The notes beneath the pieces were generated by a model that worked only from the letters and a program-made list of their open reading frames with translations, made no database searches and had not been told where the DNA came from. This document shows, piece by piece, positions 8,530-19,381 of a stretch of 32,000 nucleotides of DNA. Where the stretch lies: the NCBI RefSeq assembly GCF_002945325.1, contig NZ_CP026606.1:1590001-1622000 (forward strand). The letters run 5' to 3'. The stretch's first letter is position 1, and every line of letters starts with the position of its first letter. The DNA comes from Methanococcus maripaludis (GTDB lineage Archaea > AGJL01 > Methanococci > Methanococcales > Methanococcaceae). The position numbers and the translations under genes are program-made.

Positions 8530-9372
8530 TTAGTTTACTTGGATATATCCTTCTTCTGCAACGATTTTTTGACCTTCTGAACTTAATAAAAAGTCAATAA
8601 ATGCTTTAACTTCTTGTGAAGGTTCACCGTTTGTAATAACATTTAGTGTTCTTGAAACTTTGTATGTTCCGGAAATTACATTGGCTTCAGTAGGAATTAC
8701 TCCTTCGTATTCGCAACCTTTAACTGACGAGTCAAGGTATCCAATTGAAAGGTATCCAATTCCATTAACGTCCGCTTTAACTGATGATTTCATTGCACCG
8801 TTTGAAGCAACAACAACTGCTTTTTTAGTAATATTTCCTTTATTCAGTGCTTTTTCAAAGAATACTTCTCTTGTGCCGCTTTCTTCGTCTCTTGTGTAGA
8901 CTGTAATTGGTGCATCGTTTCCACCAACTTCATTCCAGTTTGTAATTTCTCCAGAGTATATCGCGATAACTTGTTCTTGTGTTAAACTTGAAACTGGGTT
9001 TTCTGGCTGTACTATAATTGCAACACCGTCTTTTGCAATTCCAAATACTTGTAATGATGGATATATTTCAAATTCTGAGGATTTTACATCTCTTGAAGCC
9101 ATTCCGATGTCATTTAAATTTTCACCGGCTTCTTTAACTCCAAGGCCCGAACCTCCGCCGGTAACTTCAATCATGTAGTTTTTATTTGCAATCATGAATT
9201 GTTTTGCAGCTTCTTCTGCGATTGGTAGTACGGTAGTCGAGCCTGAAATTTTTAAACTAACTTTTTGAACTTCCACATTATCTGAGCCATTAGTACTTTC
9301 CGTGCATCCGCTCAATCCCACGATTAGGGCGATAAAGACTGCACCAATTAGAACACTTATATATTTTTTCAA
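8530..9372 (-). CDS. pstS: Phosphate-binding lipoprotein PstS (likely TTG start at 9372)
   Basis: ISGSTTVLPIAEEAA, GSGLGVKEAGENLNDIGMASRDVK, TRDEESGTREVFFEKAL. Signal peptide with lipobox LSGC. A GGAGGTG ribosome-binding site (9379-9385) overlaps the ORF-track GTG start at 9381 and is well spaced for TTG at 9372. Confidence 0.92.
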   Translation of the reverse strand: MKKYISVLIGAVFIALIVGLSGCTESTNGSDNVEVQKVSLKISGSTTVLPIAEEAAKQFMIANKNYMIEVTGGGSGLGVKEAGENLNDIGMASRDVKSSEFEIYPSLQVFGIAKDGVAIIVQPENPVSSLTQEQVIAIYSGEITNWNEVGGNDAPITVYTRDEESGTREVFFEKALNKGNITKKAVVVASNGAMKSSVKADVNGIGYLSIGYLDSSVKGCEYEGVIPTEANVISGTYKVSRTLNVITNGEPSQEVKAFIDFLLSSEGQKIVAEEGYIQVN

Positions 9373-9415
9373 AGGAGACACCTCCCAGGTTTATGATATA
9401 TCCTACACATCAAAT

Positions 9416-9426
9416 GTATATAAATG
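9416..9426 (-). promoter_or_regulatory. TATA box for the pstS-C-A-B-phoU operon
   Basis: Minus-strand CATTTATATAC; TSS expected near 9395, upstream of the GGAGGTG site. Confidence 0.5.
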
Positions 9427-9524
9427 TTTCTATTTTGGTATTTTAGTTCCTATTTTATGAATAAATTAAGTGTATTTTAAAAAAATAAATTATCAAAAAC
9501 TAAGTCTGAAATCAACTCTACAAA

Positions 9525-9536
9525 ATATTATATATC
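9525..9536 (+). promoter_or_regulatory. Candidate TATA box for ppsA
   Basis: ATATTATATATC about 80 bp upstream of the ppsA ATG; a GGAGG ribosome-binding site lies at 9603-9607. Confidence 0.4.
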
Positions 9537-9614
9537 TGAGATGTATAAAATAGAATTGTAATCATAGTTATTTTTGATAGACGAAACATGAATTGAACGA
9601 ATGGAGGATTCAAC

Positions 9615-11891
9615 ATGAAATTGATAACTTGGCTTGATGATCTCAGAAATGATGATGTTGATATTGCAGGTGGAAAAGGAGCATCTTTAGGGGAGATGTG
9701 GAATGCAAAATTACCTGTACCTCCGGCATTTGTCGTCACTTCAGAAGCTTACCGGTACTTTATCAAAGAAACAAAGCTTCAGGATGAAATTGAAAGAATT
9801 TTGTCAAATATTGATGTTAATAATAATGAAGAATTGAACAAAGCATCAAAAGAAGTTAGATACGCAATTGAAAATGTTAAAATTCCTGATGATTTGAAAT
9901 TAAGCATTATTGAATCATACCACAAAATGTGTGAACTTAGCGGAGACGATGAAACGTTTGTCGCAGTAAGAAGTTCAGCAACTGCAGAAGATTTGCCTGA
10001 TGCAAGTTTTGCAGGGCAGCAGGAAACTTTTTTAAACATGAAAGGAAATGAACAGGTTTTACAAGCAGTTCAAGAGTGTTTTTCATCGTTATTTACTCCA
10101 AGAGCTATTTTTTACAGGGAAGAAAAAGGATTTGATCATTTTGAAGTTGCACTTGCAGCAGTTGTTCAAAAAATGGTAAATGCAGATCAAGCAGGAGTTA
10201 TGTTTACCGTAAACCCTATAAATCAGGATTACAACCAGATGGTAATTGAAGGAGCATGGGGACTTGGGGAAGGTGTAGTTAGCGGAACAGTAAGCCCTGA
10301 CACATATATTGTTGCAAAAGATACTCAAGAAATCCTAAGCGTAAATGTTGCAAGGAAAGATACAATGTTTATAAAAGATGCCGATGGCGTAACAAAAGAA
10401 ATAAAAACGTCTGAAGATTTAATCGAAAAACAGGTTTTATCTGAAGAAATGATCAAAAAACTCGAAAATGTTGGTCAAACAATTGAAAATCACTACAAAA
10501 GACCAATGGATATTGAATGGTCTATTGAAAACGGGGAAATTTACATGTTACAGGCAAGGCCAATTACAACGTTAACTGATAAAAAGGACTCAAAATCTTC
10601 AAATGAAATCGAAGGAAAAATTATATTAAAAGGAATTGGCGCATCTCCCGGAGTTGAATCTGGAAAAGTAAAAATTATTTCGGAAATTGAAGAAATTGGA
10701 AGAATTCTTGATGGGGACATTTTAGTTACCAAAATGACAACTCCTGACATGGTTCCGGCAATGAAAAAAGCGGCTGCAATAATTACGGATGATGGTGGAT
10801 TAACTTGCCACGCTGCAATTATTTCAAGAGAACTTGGAACTCCTTGTGTAGTTGGAACAAAAGGAGCTACGAAAAATTTAAAAGACGAAGAATGTGTCAC
10901 TGTTGATGGTGAAAAAGGAATTGTCTACGAAGGAAAAATTGGCAAACCTGAAGAAAAAGCACCTGCTCAGGTAGTTTATGCGGGAGCTCCAGTAATCACT
11001 GCAACAGAAATAAAAGCAAATGTGAGCATGCCTGAAGTTGCAGAAAGAGCAGCTGCAACCGGTGCTGATGGAGTTGGGCTTTTAAGGGCAGAACACATGA
11101 TTTTAGGAACCGGTGTTCACCCTGGAAAAATCTTAAATGAACAAGGCGAAGGTGCATTAACCGAAGTATTTGCAGAAGGTATCAGAAAAGTTGCAGATGC
11201 ATTCTATCCAAGACCTGTTACATACAGAACTCTTGATGCTCCAACCGACGAGTTTGTTGGTTTAAAAGGTGGTGAAGACGAGCCTCACGAACACAATCCT
11301 ATGATGGGATGGAGAGGTATCCGGAGAGGTCTTGACCAGTCTGAAATTTTAAAATGCGAACTAAAAGCTATTAAAAAATTAAGAGAAGATGGCTACAGAA
11401 ACATTAACGTGATGATTCCTCTAGTTACAAACGTTGATGAAATAAGAAAAGTAAAAGAAATTGCAAACGAAGTTGGCCTAAAACTTAGACAGGATGTAGA
11501 ATTTGGTGTAATGGTCGAAACTCCTGCTGCAGCTTTGATAATCGATGATATTATTGAAGAAGGAATTGATTTCATAAGCCTTGGAACAAACGATTTAACC
11601 CAGTATACAATTGCAATTGATAGAAACAACGAAAATGTTTCAAAATATTACCTTGAAAACCACCCTGCAGTTCTCAAATTGATTGAACTTGTTATAACAT
11701 CCTGTAAAAGTGCAGGTGTAAAAACTTCAATCTGCGGTCAAGCTGGAAGCAGGCCACAAATCGTTGAAAAATTGGTTGAATGGGGAATTACAAGTATTTC
11801 TGCAAACATCGATGCAGTAGAAACAATAAGAAATGTTGTTGCAAGAACAGAACAGAAAATTATTCTTGAATCAATAAGAAAACAAAAATAA
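9615..11891 (+). CDS. ppsA: Phosphoenolpyruvate synthase
   Basis: 758 aa; [11 protein letters not shown]-like N-terminus ([15 protein letters not shown]), phosphohistidine region [24 protein letters not shown]-terminal [43 protein letters not shown] and CGQAGS. Confidence 0.97.
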   Translation: MKLITWLDDLRNDDVDIAGGKGASLGEMWNAKLPVPPAFVVTSEAYRYFIKETKLQDEIERILSNIDVNNNEELNKASKEVRYAIENVKIPDDLKLSIIESYHKMCELSGDDETFVAVRSSATAEDLPDASFAGQQETFLNMKGNEQVLQAVQECFSSLFTPRAIFYREEKGFDHFEVALAAVVQKMVNADQAGVMFTVNPINQDYNQMVIEGAWGLGEGVVSGTVSPDTYIVAKDTQEILSVNVARKDTMFIKDADGVTKEIKTSEDLIEKQVLSEEMIKKLENVGQTIENHYKRPMDIEWSIENGEIYMLQARPITTLTDKKDSKSSNEIEGKIILKGIGASPGVESGKVKIISEIEEIGRILDGDILVTKMTTPDMVPAMKKAAAIITDDGGLTCHAAIISRELGTPCVVGTKGATKNLKDEECVTVDGEKGIVYEGKIGKPEEKAPAQVVYAGAPVITATEIKANVSMPEVAERAAATGADGVGLLRAEHMILGTGVHPGKILNEQGEGALTEVFAEGIRKVADAFYPRPVTYRTLDAPTDEFVGLKGGEDEPHEHNPMMGWRGIRRGLDQSEILKCELKAIKKLREDGYRNINVMIPLVTNVDEIRKVKEIANEVGLKLRQDVEFGVMVETPAAALIIDDIIEEGIDFISLGTNDLTQYTIAIDRNNENVSKYYLENHPAVLKLIELVITSCKSAGVKTSICGQAGSRPQIVEKLVEWGITSISANIDAVETIRNVVARTEQKIILESIRKQK

Positions 11892-11912
11892 TTCTTTCTT
11901 TTTTATTTTTTT
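11892..11912 (+). terminator. T-rich tract after ppsA
   Basis: TTCTTTCTTTTTTATTTTTTT directly after the stop codon. Confidence 0.55.
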
Positions 11913-11961
11913 AATATTATATCCTTTAATTTTAATTTACAAATGTGCTGGTGTTTTTGAA

Positions 11962-12408
11962 ATGAATAATGTTGTTATCGGAGGTACCTTTGATATACTG
12001 CACAAAGGCCACGAAAATTTATTAATGCACGCATCAAAATTTGGAAAACTCTTTATTGGAATTACAAGCGATGATTTTATAAAATCGTACAAAAAACACG
12101 ATGTAAATTCATTAAATGTTCGAAAAAACAATTTAAAAAAGTTTTTAGATACTAATAAAATTGATTACGAAATAATGGTAATTAATGACGTGTATGGTAA
12201 CTCTATTTCAGAAAATTATGATATAATTGTCGTAACTCCTGAAACAAAAGAAAATGCCGAAACTATAAATAAAATAAGGGTTAAAAATGGACTAAAACCT
12301 TTAATTATTGAAGTTTATGACTTTTTAATGGCAAAAGATAATGTTCCAATTTCGACTACGAGAATAAGAAATGGGGAGATAGATAAACAAGGAAATTTAA
12401 AACGATGA
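11962..12408 (+). CDS. coaD: Phosphopantetheine adenylyltransferase, archaeal type
   Basis: [38 protein letters not shown]; ends [20 protein letters not shown]. Confidence 0.88.
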   Translation: MNNVVIGGTFDILHKGHENLLMHASKFGKLFIGITSDDFIKSYKKHDVNSLNVRKNNLKKFLDTNKIDYEIMVINDVYGNSISENYDIIVVTPETKENAETINKIRVKNGLKPLIIEVYDFLMAKDNVPISTTRIRNGEIDKQGNLKR

Positions 12409-13319
12409 TAATTATGGAAATCATGTATGTTATTGTATTTTTAATTTTGATCGGATATATTTCGAGACATTTTAAAATACTCGATGAAAAAGACAGGATG
12501 GTCTTAAATAAAATAGTAATTTACATTGCAATGCCTGCAACAATATTTTTGCAGTTACTTACTAATGTAACGCCCTCAGACCTTCCAGAATTTATGAAAT
12601 TGCCGATAATAATATTTATTTCAACAGCAGCATGTGCACTTTTAGCATATATTGTTGGAAAACGTTTAAAATTGGATAATAAATCACTTGGGGGATTTGT
12701 ACTTGTTGCATCAATTGGAAACACGGGATTTTTAGGGTATCCTGTAATTTTAGGATTTTATGGAGAACAAGGTCTTTTAAGAGCGATATTTTGTGATATG
12801 TCTGCAATTTTTTGCAGCATGCTCCTTGGAACATACATCGGGGTTAAATTAAGCGGTGCTAAAAAAAGCATTTTAAAAGAAGTATTTACATTTCCGCCAC
12901 TGTTTACGGGGATATTTACTTTAATTTTGGTATTATTGCACGTGAACCTATCAATATTCCCTGAATTTTTCACAAAATCGCTTGAATACATGTCTAGTGC
13001 AACAATTCCCTTAATAATGCTTTCACTTGGACTTTCGCTGTCTCCAAAAGCTGCGAAATTTGGAATATTTTACGGAATTTTGGCATCGATATTTAGAATG
13101 GTAATTTCTCCACTTGTGGCCTTCCCAATTTCCGAAAGTATTTTATCAAACCAGCTAGATAAACAAGTAACGATAATGCAATCAGCAATGCCTTCTGCAA
13201 TGATGCCTTTAGTTTATGCGGTGATCTATGATCTGGATGTAAAACTGGTTGCTTCGGCATGTTTTGTATCGACCGTTGTATCGTTGTTTGCGCTACCGAT
13301 ACTTTACACATTAATGTAA
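12405..13319 (+). CDS. Auxin efflux carrier (AEC) family transporter
   Basis: About 304 aa, multiple TM helices; [21 protein letters not shown] and [32 protein letters not shown]; overlaps coaD by ATGA. Confidence 0.82.
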   Translation: MIIMEIMYVIVFLILIGYISRHFKILDEKDRMVLNKIVIYIAMPATIFLQLLTNVTPSDLPEFMKLPIIIFISTAACALLAYIVGKRLKLDNKSLGGFVLVASIGNTGFLGYPVILGFYGEQGLLRAIFCDMSAIFCSMLLGTYIGVKLSGAKKSILKEVFTFPPLFTGIFTLILVLLHVNLSIFPEFFTKSLEYMSSATIPLIMLSLGLSLSPKAAKFGIFYGILASIFRMVISPLVAFPISESILSNQLDKQVTIMQSAMPSAMMPLVYAVIYDLDVKLVASACFVSTVVSLFALPILYTLM

Positions 13320-13342
13320 AAGCCATATTTAAACGTCATAAT

Positions 13343-13350
13343 TTTATATG
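13343..13350 (+). promoter_or_regulatory. Candidate TATA box for galU and downstream genes
   Basis: TTTATATG about 50 bp upstream of the galU ATG; GAGGGG ribosome-binding site at about 13379-13384. Confidence 0.4.
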
Positions 13351-13392
13351 TGGTTTCAATAATACTATTATAGTTTTTGAGGGGAATATCTA

Positions 13393-14241
13393 ATGATAAA
13401 AAAAGCTATCATACCTGCAGCAGGATTTGGAACAAGGCTTCTTCCAATTACAAAAGCACAGCCAAAAGAGATGTTGCCAGTACTTGGAAAACCAATTATA
13501 CAGTATGTAATTGAAGATTTGGCAAATGCTGGAATTGAGGATATTTTAGTAATTACTGGTCGTGGAAAATACGCAATAGAAAACCACTTTGATAAAAATT
13601 TTGAACTCGAAGAACGGTTAAAAAAAGATGGAAAATGCGAACCTCTAAAAAAAATTTTAGATATTAATGAATTTGCAAATATATACTACACAAGGCAGGG
13701 AAAACAAAATGGCCTTGGAGATGCAGTACATTGTGGAAAAGAGTTTATTTGTGAGGATTACACAATAGTAATGGTTGGGGATACAATTTATTCTGGAAAT
13801 GTGCCAAAAAAACTCATTGAAGCACATGAAAAATATGGATGTTCAGTAATTGCACTTGAAAGAGTTCCAAAAGAAGATGTCCATAAATATGGAGTAATAT
13901 CTGGAAAAGAACTTGAAAGTGGAATCTTTGAAATAAATGATCTTGTTGAAAAGCCAAATGTAGAAGATGCTCCATCAAATCTGATAATTACTGGGGCTTA
14001 TTTATTATCTTCAAAAATATTTGATCACATTGAAAACACGAAACCCGGAAGGGGTGGAGAAATCCAGCTTACTGATGCTATGAAAACATTGTTAAAAGAA
14101 GAAAAAATTATTGGTCTCGAAGTTGATTTCAAAAGATATGATATTGGAGACATTAAAGGATGGCTTGAAGCAAACGTTGAACTTGGAATAGAACATATAG
14201 ATGGGTTTAAAGAATACATCAAAGACCTATGTGATGATTAA
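13393..14241 (+). CDS. galU: UTP--glucose-1-phosphate uridylyltransferase
   Basis: KKAIIPAAGFGTRLLPITKAQPKEMLPVLGKPIIQYVIEDL; VEKPNVEDAPSNLIITGAYLLSSKIF. Confidence 0.95.
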   Translation: MIKKAIIPAAGFGTRLLPITKAQPKEMLPVLGKPIIQYVIEDLANAGIEDILVITGRGKYAIENHFDKNFELEERLKKDGKCEPLKKILDINEFANIYYTRQGKQNGLGDAVHCGKEFICEDYTIVMVGDTIYSGNVPKKLIEAHEKYGCSVIALERVPKEDVHKYGVISGKELESGIFEINDLVEKPNVEDAPSNLIITGAYLLSSKIFDHIENTKPGRGGEIQLTDAMKTLLKEEKIIGLEVDFKRYDIGDIKGWLEANVELGIEHIDGFKEYIKDLCDD

Positions 14242-14274
14242 AAATATACATACTAATTTATTTTTGGTGAGATT

Positions 14275-15150
14275 TTGAAAATTTTAGTAACTGGCGGTGC
14301 AGGATTTATCGGAAGCCATATTGTTGATATTTTAATTGAAAATGGTCACGATGTATCAATTTTAGATAATTTAAGCACGGGAAATGAAAAAAATTTAAAT
14401 TCAAAAGCAAAATTTATCAAAGGAGATATTTTAGATAAAAATTTAGATTTAACTGGATTTGATTGCGTAATTCACGAAGCAGCACAGATCAATGTTAGAA
14501 CTTCGATTGAAGATCCTGTTTTTGATGCAAATATAAATATTCTTGGGACTGTTAATATTTTAGAAAAAATGAAAGAAAATGGCGTTAAAAAGATTATATT
14601 TTCATCATCAGTCGCCACAGTCGGGGAACCAGAATATTTACCTGTTGACGAAAATCACACTTTAAAACCCTTATCCCCTTATGGGTTGAGTAAAGTTTGT
14701 GCAGAAGAATATATTAAACTTTATAATAAATTTTATGGAACCGAATACTGTATTTTAAGATACGCAAATGTTTATGGTGAAAGGCAGGATCCACTTGGTG
14801 AAGCAGGAGTTATTTCAATTTTTATAGATAAAATGAAAAAAGGAGAACAGCCTGTGATTTATGGCGACGGAAATCAAACTCGGGATTTTGTAAATGTCAA
14901 AGACGTTGCAAGAGCAAATTTAATGGCTTTAAATTGGAAAAATGAAACAGTAAATATATGTTCTGGAAAAGAAATCTCCATAAATGAACTTTTCAAAATT
15001 ATTTCCTCAGAACATGGTTTTGATTTAAATCCTATTTATGAAGAAGGAATGGACGGTGAAATTTATCAGATATATATGGAGAATGATAACGCTAAAAGTT
15101 TAGGCTGGGTTCCAGAAGTTGAATTAGAAAATGGGATTAAAGAGATTTAA
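14275..15150 (+). CDS. NAD-dependent nucleotide-sugar epimerase (UDP-glucose 4-epimerase-like); TTG start
   Basis: ILVTGGAGFIGSHIVDIL, SSVATVGEPEYLPVDE, YGLSKVCAEEY, LRYANVYGERQDPLGEAGVISIF. GGTGAG upstream of the TTG start. Confidence 0.88.
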   Translation: MKILVTGGAGFIGSHIVDILIENGHDVSILDNLSTGNEKNLNSKAKFIKGDILDKNLDLTGFDCVIHEAAQINVRTSIEDPVFDANINILGTVNILEKMKENGVKKIIFSSSVATVGEPEYLPVDENHTLKPLSPYGLSKVCAEEYIKLYNKFYGTEYCILRYANVYGERQDPLGEAGVISIFIDKMKKGEQPVIYGDGNQTRDFVNVKDVARANLMALNWKNETVNICSGKEISINELFKIISSEHGFDLNPIYEEGMDGEIYQIYMENDNAKSLGWVPEVELENGIKEI

Positions 15151-15153
15151 GAT

Positions 15154-16488
15154 ATGTGTGAAAAGATGAAAATTTCAGTTATTGGAACAGGTTATGTTGG
15201 GTTAATTCAAGCGGTAGGTTTGGCAAGTTTCGGGTTTGACGTTACGGGTATTGACATTGATGAATCAAAAGTTAAAATGTTAAATAATGGTGTTTGTCCA
15301 TTATATGAGGATGGTTTAGAAAAACTTTTAAAAAAACATGTTGGAAATAATTTAAAATTTACAACTTCTTATGAAGAAACTATTGATTCTGACGTTATTT
15401 TTTTATGTGTTGGCACTCCTCAGGACAAAGAAGGAAATACTGATTTAAAATATATTTTTTCAGCAGTTGAAATGTTAAAAAAACATTTTCAAAGTCAAAA
15501 ATGGTTGGTTATAAAATCAACAGTTCCAATTGGAACTAACCGTCTTTTAAAAGAACGTTTAACAGGGTATGATATCGAGATTATATCGAATCCCGAATTT
15601 TTAAAAGAAGGAGTCGCTTTAAAAGAATTTTTAAACCCTGAAAGAATAGTTTTGGGTTTTGATGAAAATGATTCATCATCAAAAGAAATTTTAGAAAAAA
15701 TATATAAAAATTTTAAAGAAAAAAATATTCCATTTATTTTAACAAACTATGAAACATCAGAAATGATAAAATATGCTTCAAATGCATTTTTGGCAACCAA
15801 AATTTCATTTATAAATGAACTTTCTAAATTGGCCGATAAAACAAATGCAGATATAAAAACAGTAGCTTATTCAATGGGACTTGATGATCGAATCGGAAAA
15901 AAATTTTTAAATGCAGGGATTGGTTATGGAGGGTCATGTTTCCCAAAAGATGTAAAATCCCTGATAAAACAATTTGAATATAATGGGGTAGTTCCAAAAA
16001 TTATAACTGCAACAAATAGTGTAAATGAAAATCAGATAAAATGGTTTTTTGGAAAAATTAAGAATTATTATGGTAATATAAATGGTAAAACCTTTGCAAT
16101 TTTGGGCTTAGCATTTAAGCCAGATACTGACGATTTAAGGGAAAGTGCAGGTATAAAATTAATCGATTTATTATTATGTGAAGGAGCAATTATTAAAGGA
16201 TATGATTATATTAAACAGGCGCGTGAAAATGCATGTAATATATACAAGTCAAATGCCTCAAAACCATTTCATGGCTCCAATTTTTATGTTTTGGATAATT
16301 TATATGATACGGTTTCCAATGTTGATGGAATAATTATAACGGTTGAAGACAATAAATTGAATTATGAGGATTGGTCAAATATTTTTAATTTAGCAAGCGA
16401 AAAAATAATTTTTGATGGAAAAAATATATTGCATAAAGAAAAAGTTGAAAAATTCGGTTTTGAATACTTTGGCGTTGGATTAAAATAA
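15154..16488 (+). CDS. UDP-glucose/GDP-mannose dehydrogenase family protein (UDP-glucose 6-dehydrogenase-like)
   Basis: MKISVIGTGYVGLIQAVGLASFGFDVTGIDIDESKV, catalytic region GIGYGGSCFPKDVKSL, AFKPDTDDLRES. Alternative in-frame ATG at 15166. Confidence 0.92.
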   Translation: MCEKMKISVIGTGYVGLIQAVGLASFGFDVTGIDIDESKVKMLNNGVCPLYEDGLEKLLKKHVGNNLKFTTSYEETIDSDVIFLCVGTPQDKEGNTDLKYIFSAVEMLKKHFQSQKWLVIKSTVPIGTNRLLKERLTGYDIEIISNPEFLKEGVALKEFLNPERIVLGFDENDSSSKEILEKIYKNFKEKNIPFILTNYETSEMIKYASNAFLATKISFINELSKLADKTNADIKTVAYSMGLDDRIGKKFLNAGIGYGGSCFPKDVKSLIKQFEYNGVVPKIITATNSVNENQIKWFFGKIKNYYGNINGKTFAILGLAFKPDTDDLRESAGIKLIDLLLCEGAIIKGYDYIKQARENACNIYKSNASKPFHGSNFYVLDNLYDTVSNVDGIIITVEDNKLNYEDWSNIFNLASEKIIFDGKNILHKEKVEKFGFEYFGVGLK

Positions 16489-16497
16489 TTTTGTTAA

Positions 16498-16510
16498 GAT
16501 TATATACTTT
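16498..16510 (+). promoter_or_regulatory. Candidate TATA box upstream of the flippase gene
   Basis: GATTATATACTTT in the 171-bp gap after the dehydrogenase; would leave an approximately 130-nt leader. Confidence 0.3.
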
Positions 16511-16659
16511 AGCCTATTTGAAAGAAGAATATCCAAAAAATAATTTAAAATTTTAAATCATTAACTGATACCTTTTCAATAGTGGTTAATGGAAAGTTTT
16601 AGGATATGCTCAAATTTCAGGGTTGTGTCTGACTAAAAACAATAACAATTGGTGCTACA

Positions 16660-18174
16660 ATGTCTTATAAAGAACGGGTTTTAAAAGGAGTAAGTTGGAA
16701 TTTTCTGCTTCTATTGGCAGCTGCACCAATTGGTTATTTTGTTAGGATTTTATATTCAAATGAAATCCCTAAATTAGATGTGGGTTTATTTTATGCAGTT
16801 TTCGATTTTTGTTGCATGATCGCTATTTTCAAGAATTTGGGACTAAATGCTGCACTGGTTAGGTTTATTCCAAAGTATTTACATGAAAAAAGACTAGATT
16901 TAGTTAAATCTTCGATAATATGTGCAGGGGTATTGCAGACTACTGTATCCTTAATTATGACCTTATTAATAATTTTGTTATCTTCATTTATCGCAACATA
17001 TTACATAAACAACCAAGGTCAATTTACGGGTCAGTTGGATTTGGTTATCTGTGTTTTAATTATTTTGAGTATTGGTTATTGGTTTCAAAGTATTATGGAC
17101 GTTGTTGCCAATAGTATATGGGGTTTTCAAAATCAAAAATATTATGGAACTATAAATTTTGTTAAAATATTTATGGTTTTAATTATATCATTTATTTTAA
17201 TACATGTTTTTGATGTGCGTACTGTTTTTACCCCAATATGCGCTTACACTTTAGCACCGATTTTAATGATTTTTATATATACATATATTTTTATTAAAAA
17301 GATATTTCCTGAATTTTTTATTGAAAAATTTTCATTTTCAAAAAAACTCACAAAGGACTTATTTAGTTATGGTTTACCACTTATGATGGGCAGTGCTGGA
17401 GCTTTAGTTTTAAATTATATCGACGGGATATGTTTAACTTATTTTGCAGGGTTAAATGCAGTTGCAGATTATAGGAATGTTGCAATGCCAACAGTCAGTA
17501 TTTTACGATATTTTGCAACAGCTGTTGGTGCAGTTTTATTTCCAATGAGTTCAGAATTATGGGAAATGGGGCATGGAGGCATATTGGGAAAAAGTGTCGA
17601 AAAGATATGTTTATATTCTTTTGTGGCAGTTTTTCCGATTACTGTTTTAACAGCATATTTTCCAGAAGTTATCGTAAATTTATTTTTTAACACTCAGTAT
17701 TTACCTGCAGCAGATGCTATAAGAATATTAAGTTTGGGAACTATATTTTTTACATTAAATAGTATAGGATTTAATGTTTTAAATGGGATCGGAAAGTCAC
17801 TATTATCTACAAAAATAATATATTTTGGAGCAATTTTTAATTTAATATTTAACATATTGTTAATACCAAAATTTGGGATCGTCGGGGCATCTGCAACAAC
17901 TGTTTTGGGGTATCTTTTAATGTGGATTTTGCAAGCACGGTATTTGGGTGACTTTATAAATTACTCAAACATGCTCAAGAAGTGGTTAATAACAACTCTT
18001 TTAGGAGTTTTTAGCTTAATTCCCTTGATATTCGTAACAAAAATTATAAATAATATTATTTTACAATTATCTGTTGGTATGGCCGTCTATTTGGGCGTAT
18101 ATGCACTGGGCATTATATTATTCAAAATTATAGAAATCGAGAAGTTAAAAGAAATGTTTAGAATAGGTATTTAA
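16660..18174 (+). CDS. Polysaccharide biosynthesis flippase, Wzx/MATE-like
   Basis: 504 aa, about 12-14 hydrophobic helices; typical start YKERVLKGVSWNFLLLLAAAPIGYFVRILYSNEIP; ATTVLGYLLMWILQARYL near the C-terminus. Confidence 0.88.
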   Translation: MSYKERVLKGVSWNFLLLLAAAPIGYFVRILYSNEIPKLDVGLFYAVFDFCCMIAIFKNLGLNAALVRFIPKYLHEKRLDLVKSSIICAGVLQTTVSLIMTLLIILLSSFIATYYINNQGQFTGQLDLVICVLIILSIGYWFQSIMDVVANSIWGFQNQKYYGTINFVKIFMVLIISFILIHVFDVRTVFTPICAYTLAPILMIFIYTYIFIKKIFPEFFIEKFSFSKKLTKDLFSYGLPLMMGSAGALVLNYIDGICLTYFAGLNAVADYRNVAMPTVSILRYFATAVGAVLFPMSSELWEMGHGGILGKSVEKICLYSFVAVFPITVLTAYFPEVIVNLFFNTQYLPAADAIRILSLGTIFFTLNSIGFNVLNGIGKSLLSTKIIYFGAIFNLIFNILLIPKFGIVGASATTVLGYLLMWILQARYLGDFINYSNMLKKWLITTLLGVFSLIPLIFVTKIINNIILQLSVGMAVYLGVYALGIILFKIIEIEKLKEMFRIGI

Positions 18175-18307
18175 AGATATAATTATAATTGTTAATTTTC
18201 AGAATAATAATGGAAATGTTCATCTATTTTGGCAGTAATGTGTCAGGTTTACAAATTTTAATTAATGGCGTATATTGATAAAAAATATTGAATTATAGTT
18301 TTATTTA

Positions 18308-19381
18308 GTGGAAAATATGGGAAAAATATATTATTATTTAAAAAAAGATTTGAATACTTTTGAAGGTAAGGATAAAATTAGTGGTGAAGTATACAATTAT
18401 CTGAAAAAATATTATTCTAATTTAGAAATTTTTGATGAGTTTTCTATATCCTATGGGGATGATGATATAATTCATATAAATTCTTCAGGAATTTTAGATT
18501 CTATTAAATATGGTAAAATGAATAAGAATTTAAAGATATACTCTCTTTATTCTAATCTGAAAGCAAATCCTATAACGCTCTTACGAGACTCTATTGATTT
18601 TTTTAAACTAAAAGATAAAAATTTAAAAATTTCATTATTTTATTTATTTAAAAGACGTTCATTTCCAATTTTTTTGAGTTTAATCCCTTGGTTTCTAATT
18701 AAAAAAATATTGGGACAAAATGAAGTTTTAATTTTGCCAAACAAATATCTTTACAAGAATTTAAATATAAAAACCGCTAAAATCATCCCCATTGGAATAG
18801 ATGCTGTTAAATTTCATAAAAAAAATATTGAAAAAAATTCAAAAATCACTGTAGCTTATGCGGGCCATCCCGCAGTCGACAAGGGTATTATCGAGGTTTT
18901 AAAAATATTTAGTCGGTTGGATAGTACAAAGTTTAGAAAAGTCCTGTTTTTAACAAATTTGAATATAAATTTAGACTACTTGAAAAAAATAGATCCGAGT
19001 GTTGAAATATTTGGGCCCCAAAAAGATATTGTAGATACATATAATTCGATAGATATTTTGATTTTACCCTATAGGCATGAAATCAGCAGCATTGCTAGCC
19101 CGCTAGTTTTAATTGAGGCTATGGCATGTGAGGTTCCGGTAATAACTAGTGATTTACCCCACGTTAAGGAAATAGGGGGGGAGATATTACAATATGTTAA
19201 ACCATTTGATATTTCGGATTTTGTTAAAAAAGTCAGTGATCTTGCAAATAATCCTGAAAAAAGATTGGAAATGGGAAAAAAATCTAGAAATATTGTTTTA
19301 GAATATTATGACGAAAAAGAAACATTAATGAAATATATGAAAATTTATGATACTGTGATTAAAAGGGACCAAAATGAATGA
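18308..19381 (+). CDS. Glycosyltransferase, GT4/group 1 family
   Basis: C-terminal GT4 pattern VDTYNSIDILILPYRHEISSIASPLVLIEAMACEVPVITSDLPHVKEIGG. Confidence 0.85.
   Translation: MENMGKIYYYLKKDLNTFEGKDKISGEVYNYLKKYYSNLEIFDEFSISYGDDDIIHINSSGILDSIKYGKMNKNLKIYSLYSNLKANPITLLRDSIDFFKLKDKNLKISLFYLFKRRSFPIFLSLIPWFLIKKILGQNEVLILPNKYLYKNLNIKTAKIIPIGIDAVKFHKKNIEKNSKITVAYAGHPAVDKGIIEVLKIFSRLDSTKFRKVLFLTNLNINLDYLKKIDPSVEIFGPQKDIVDTYNSIDILILPYRHEISSIASPLVLIEAMACEVPVITSDLPHVKEIGGEILQYVKPFDISDFVKKVSDLANNPEKRLEMGKKSRNIVLEYYDEKETLMKYMKIYDTVIKRDQNE

Noticed and set aside
9518-11629. Minus-strand and plus-strand small ORFs over ppsA
   Set aside because: Fully explained as alternative-frame readings of the 758-aa ppsA gene.
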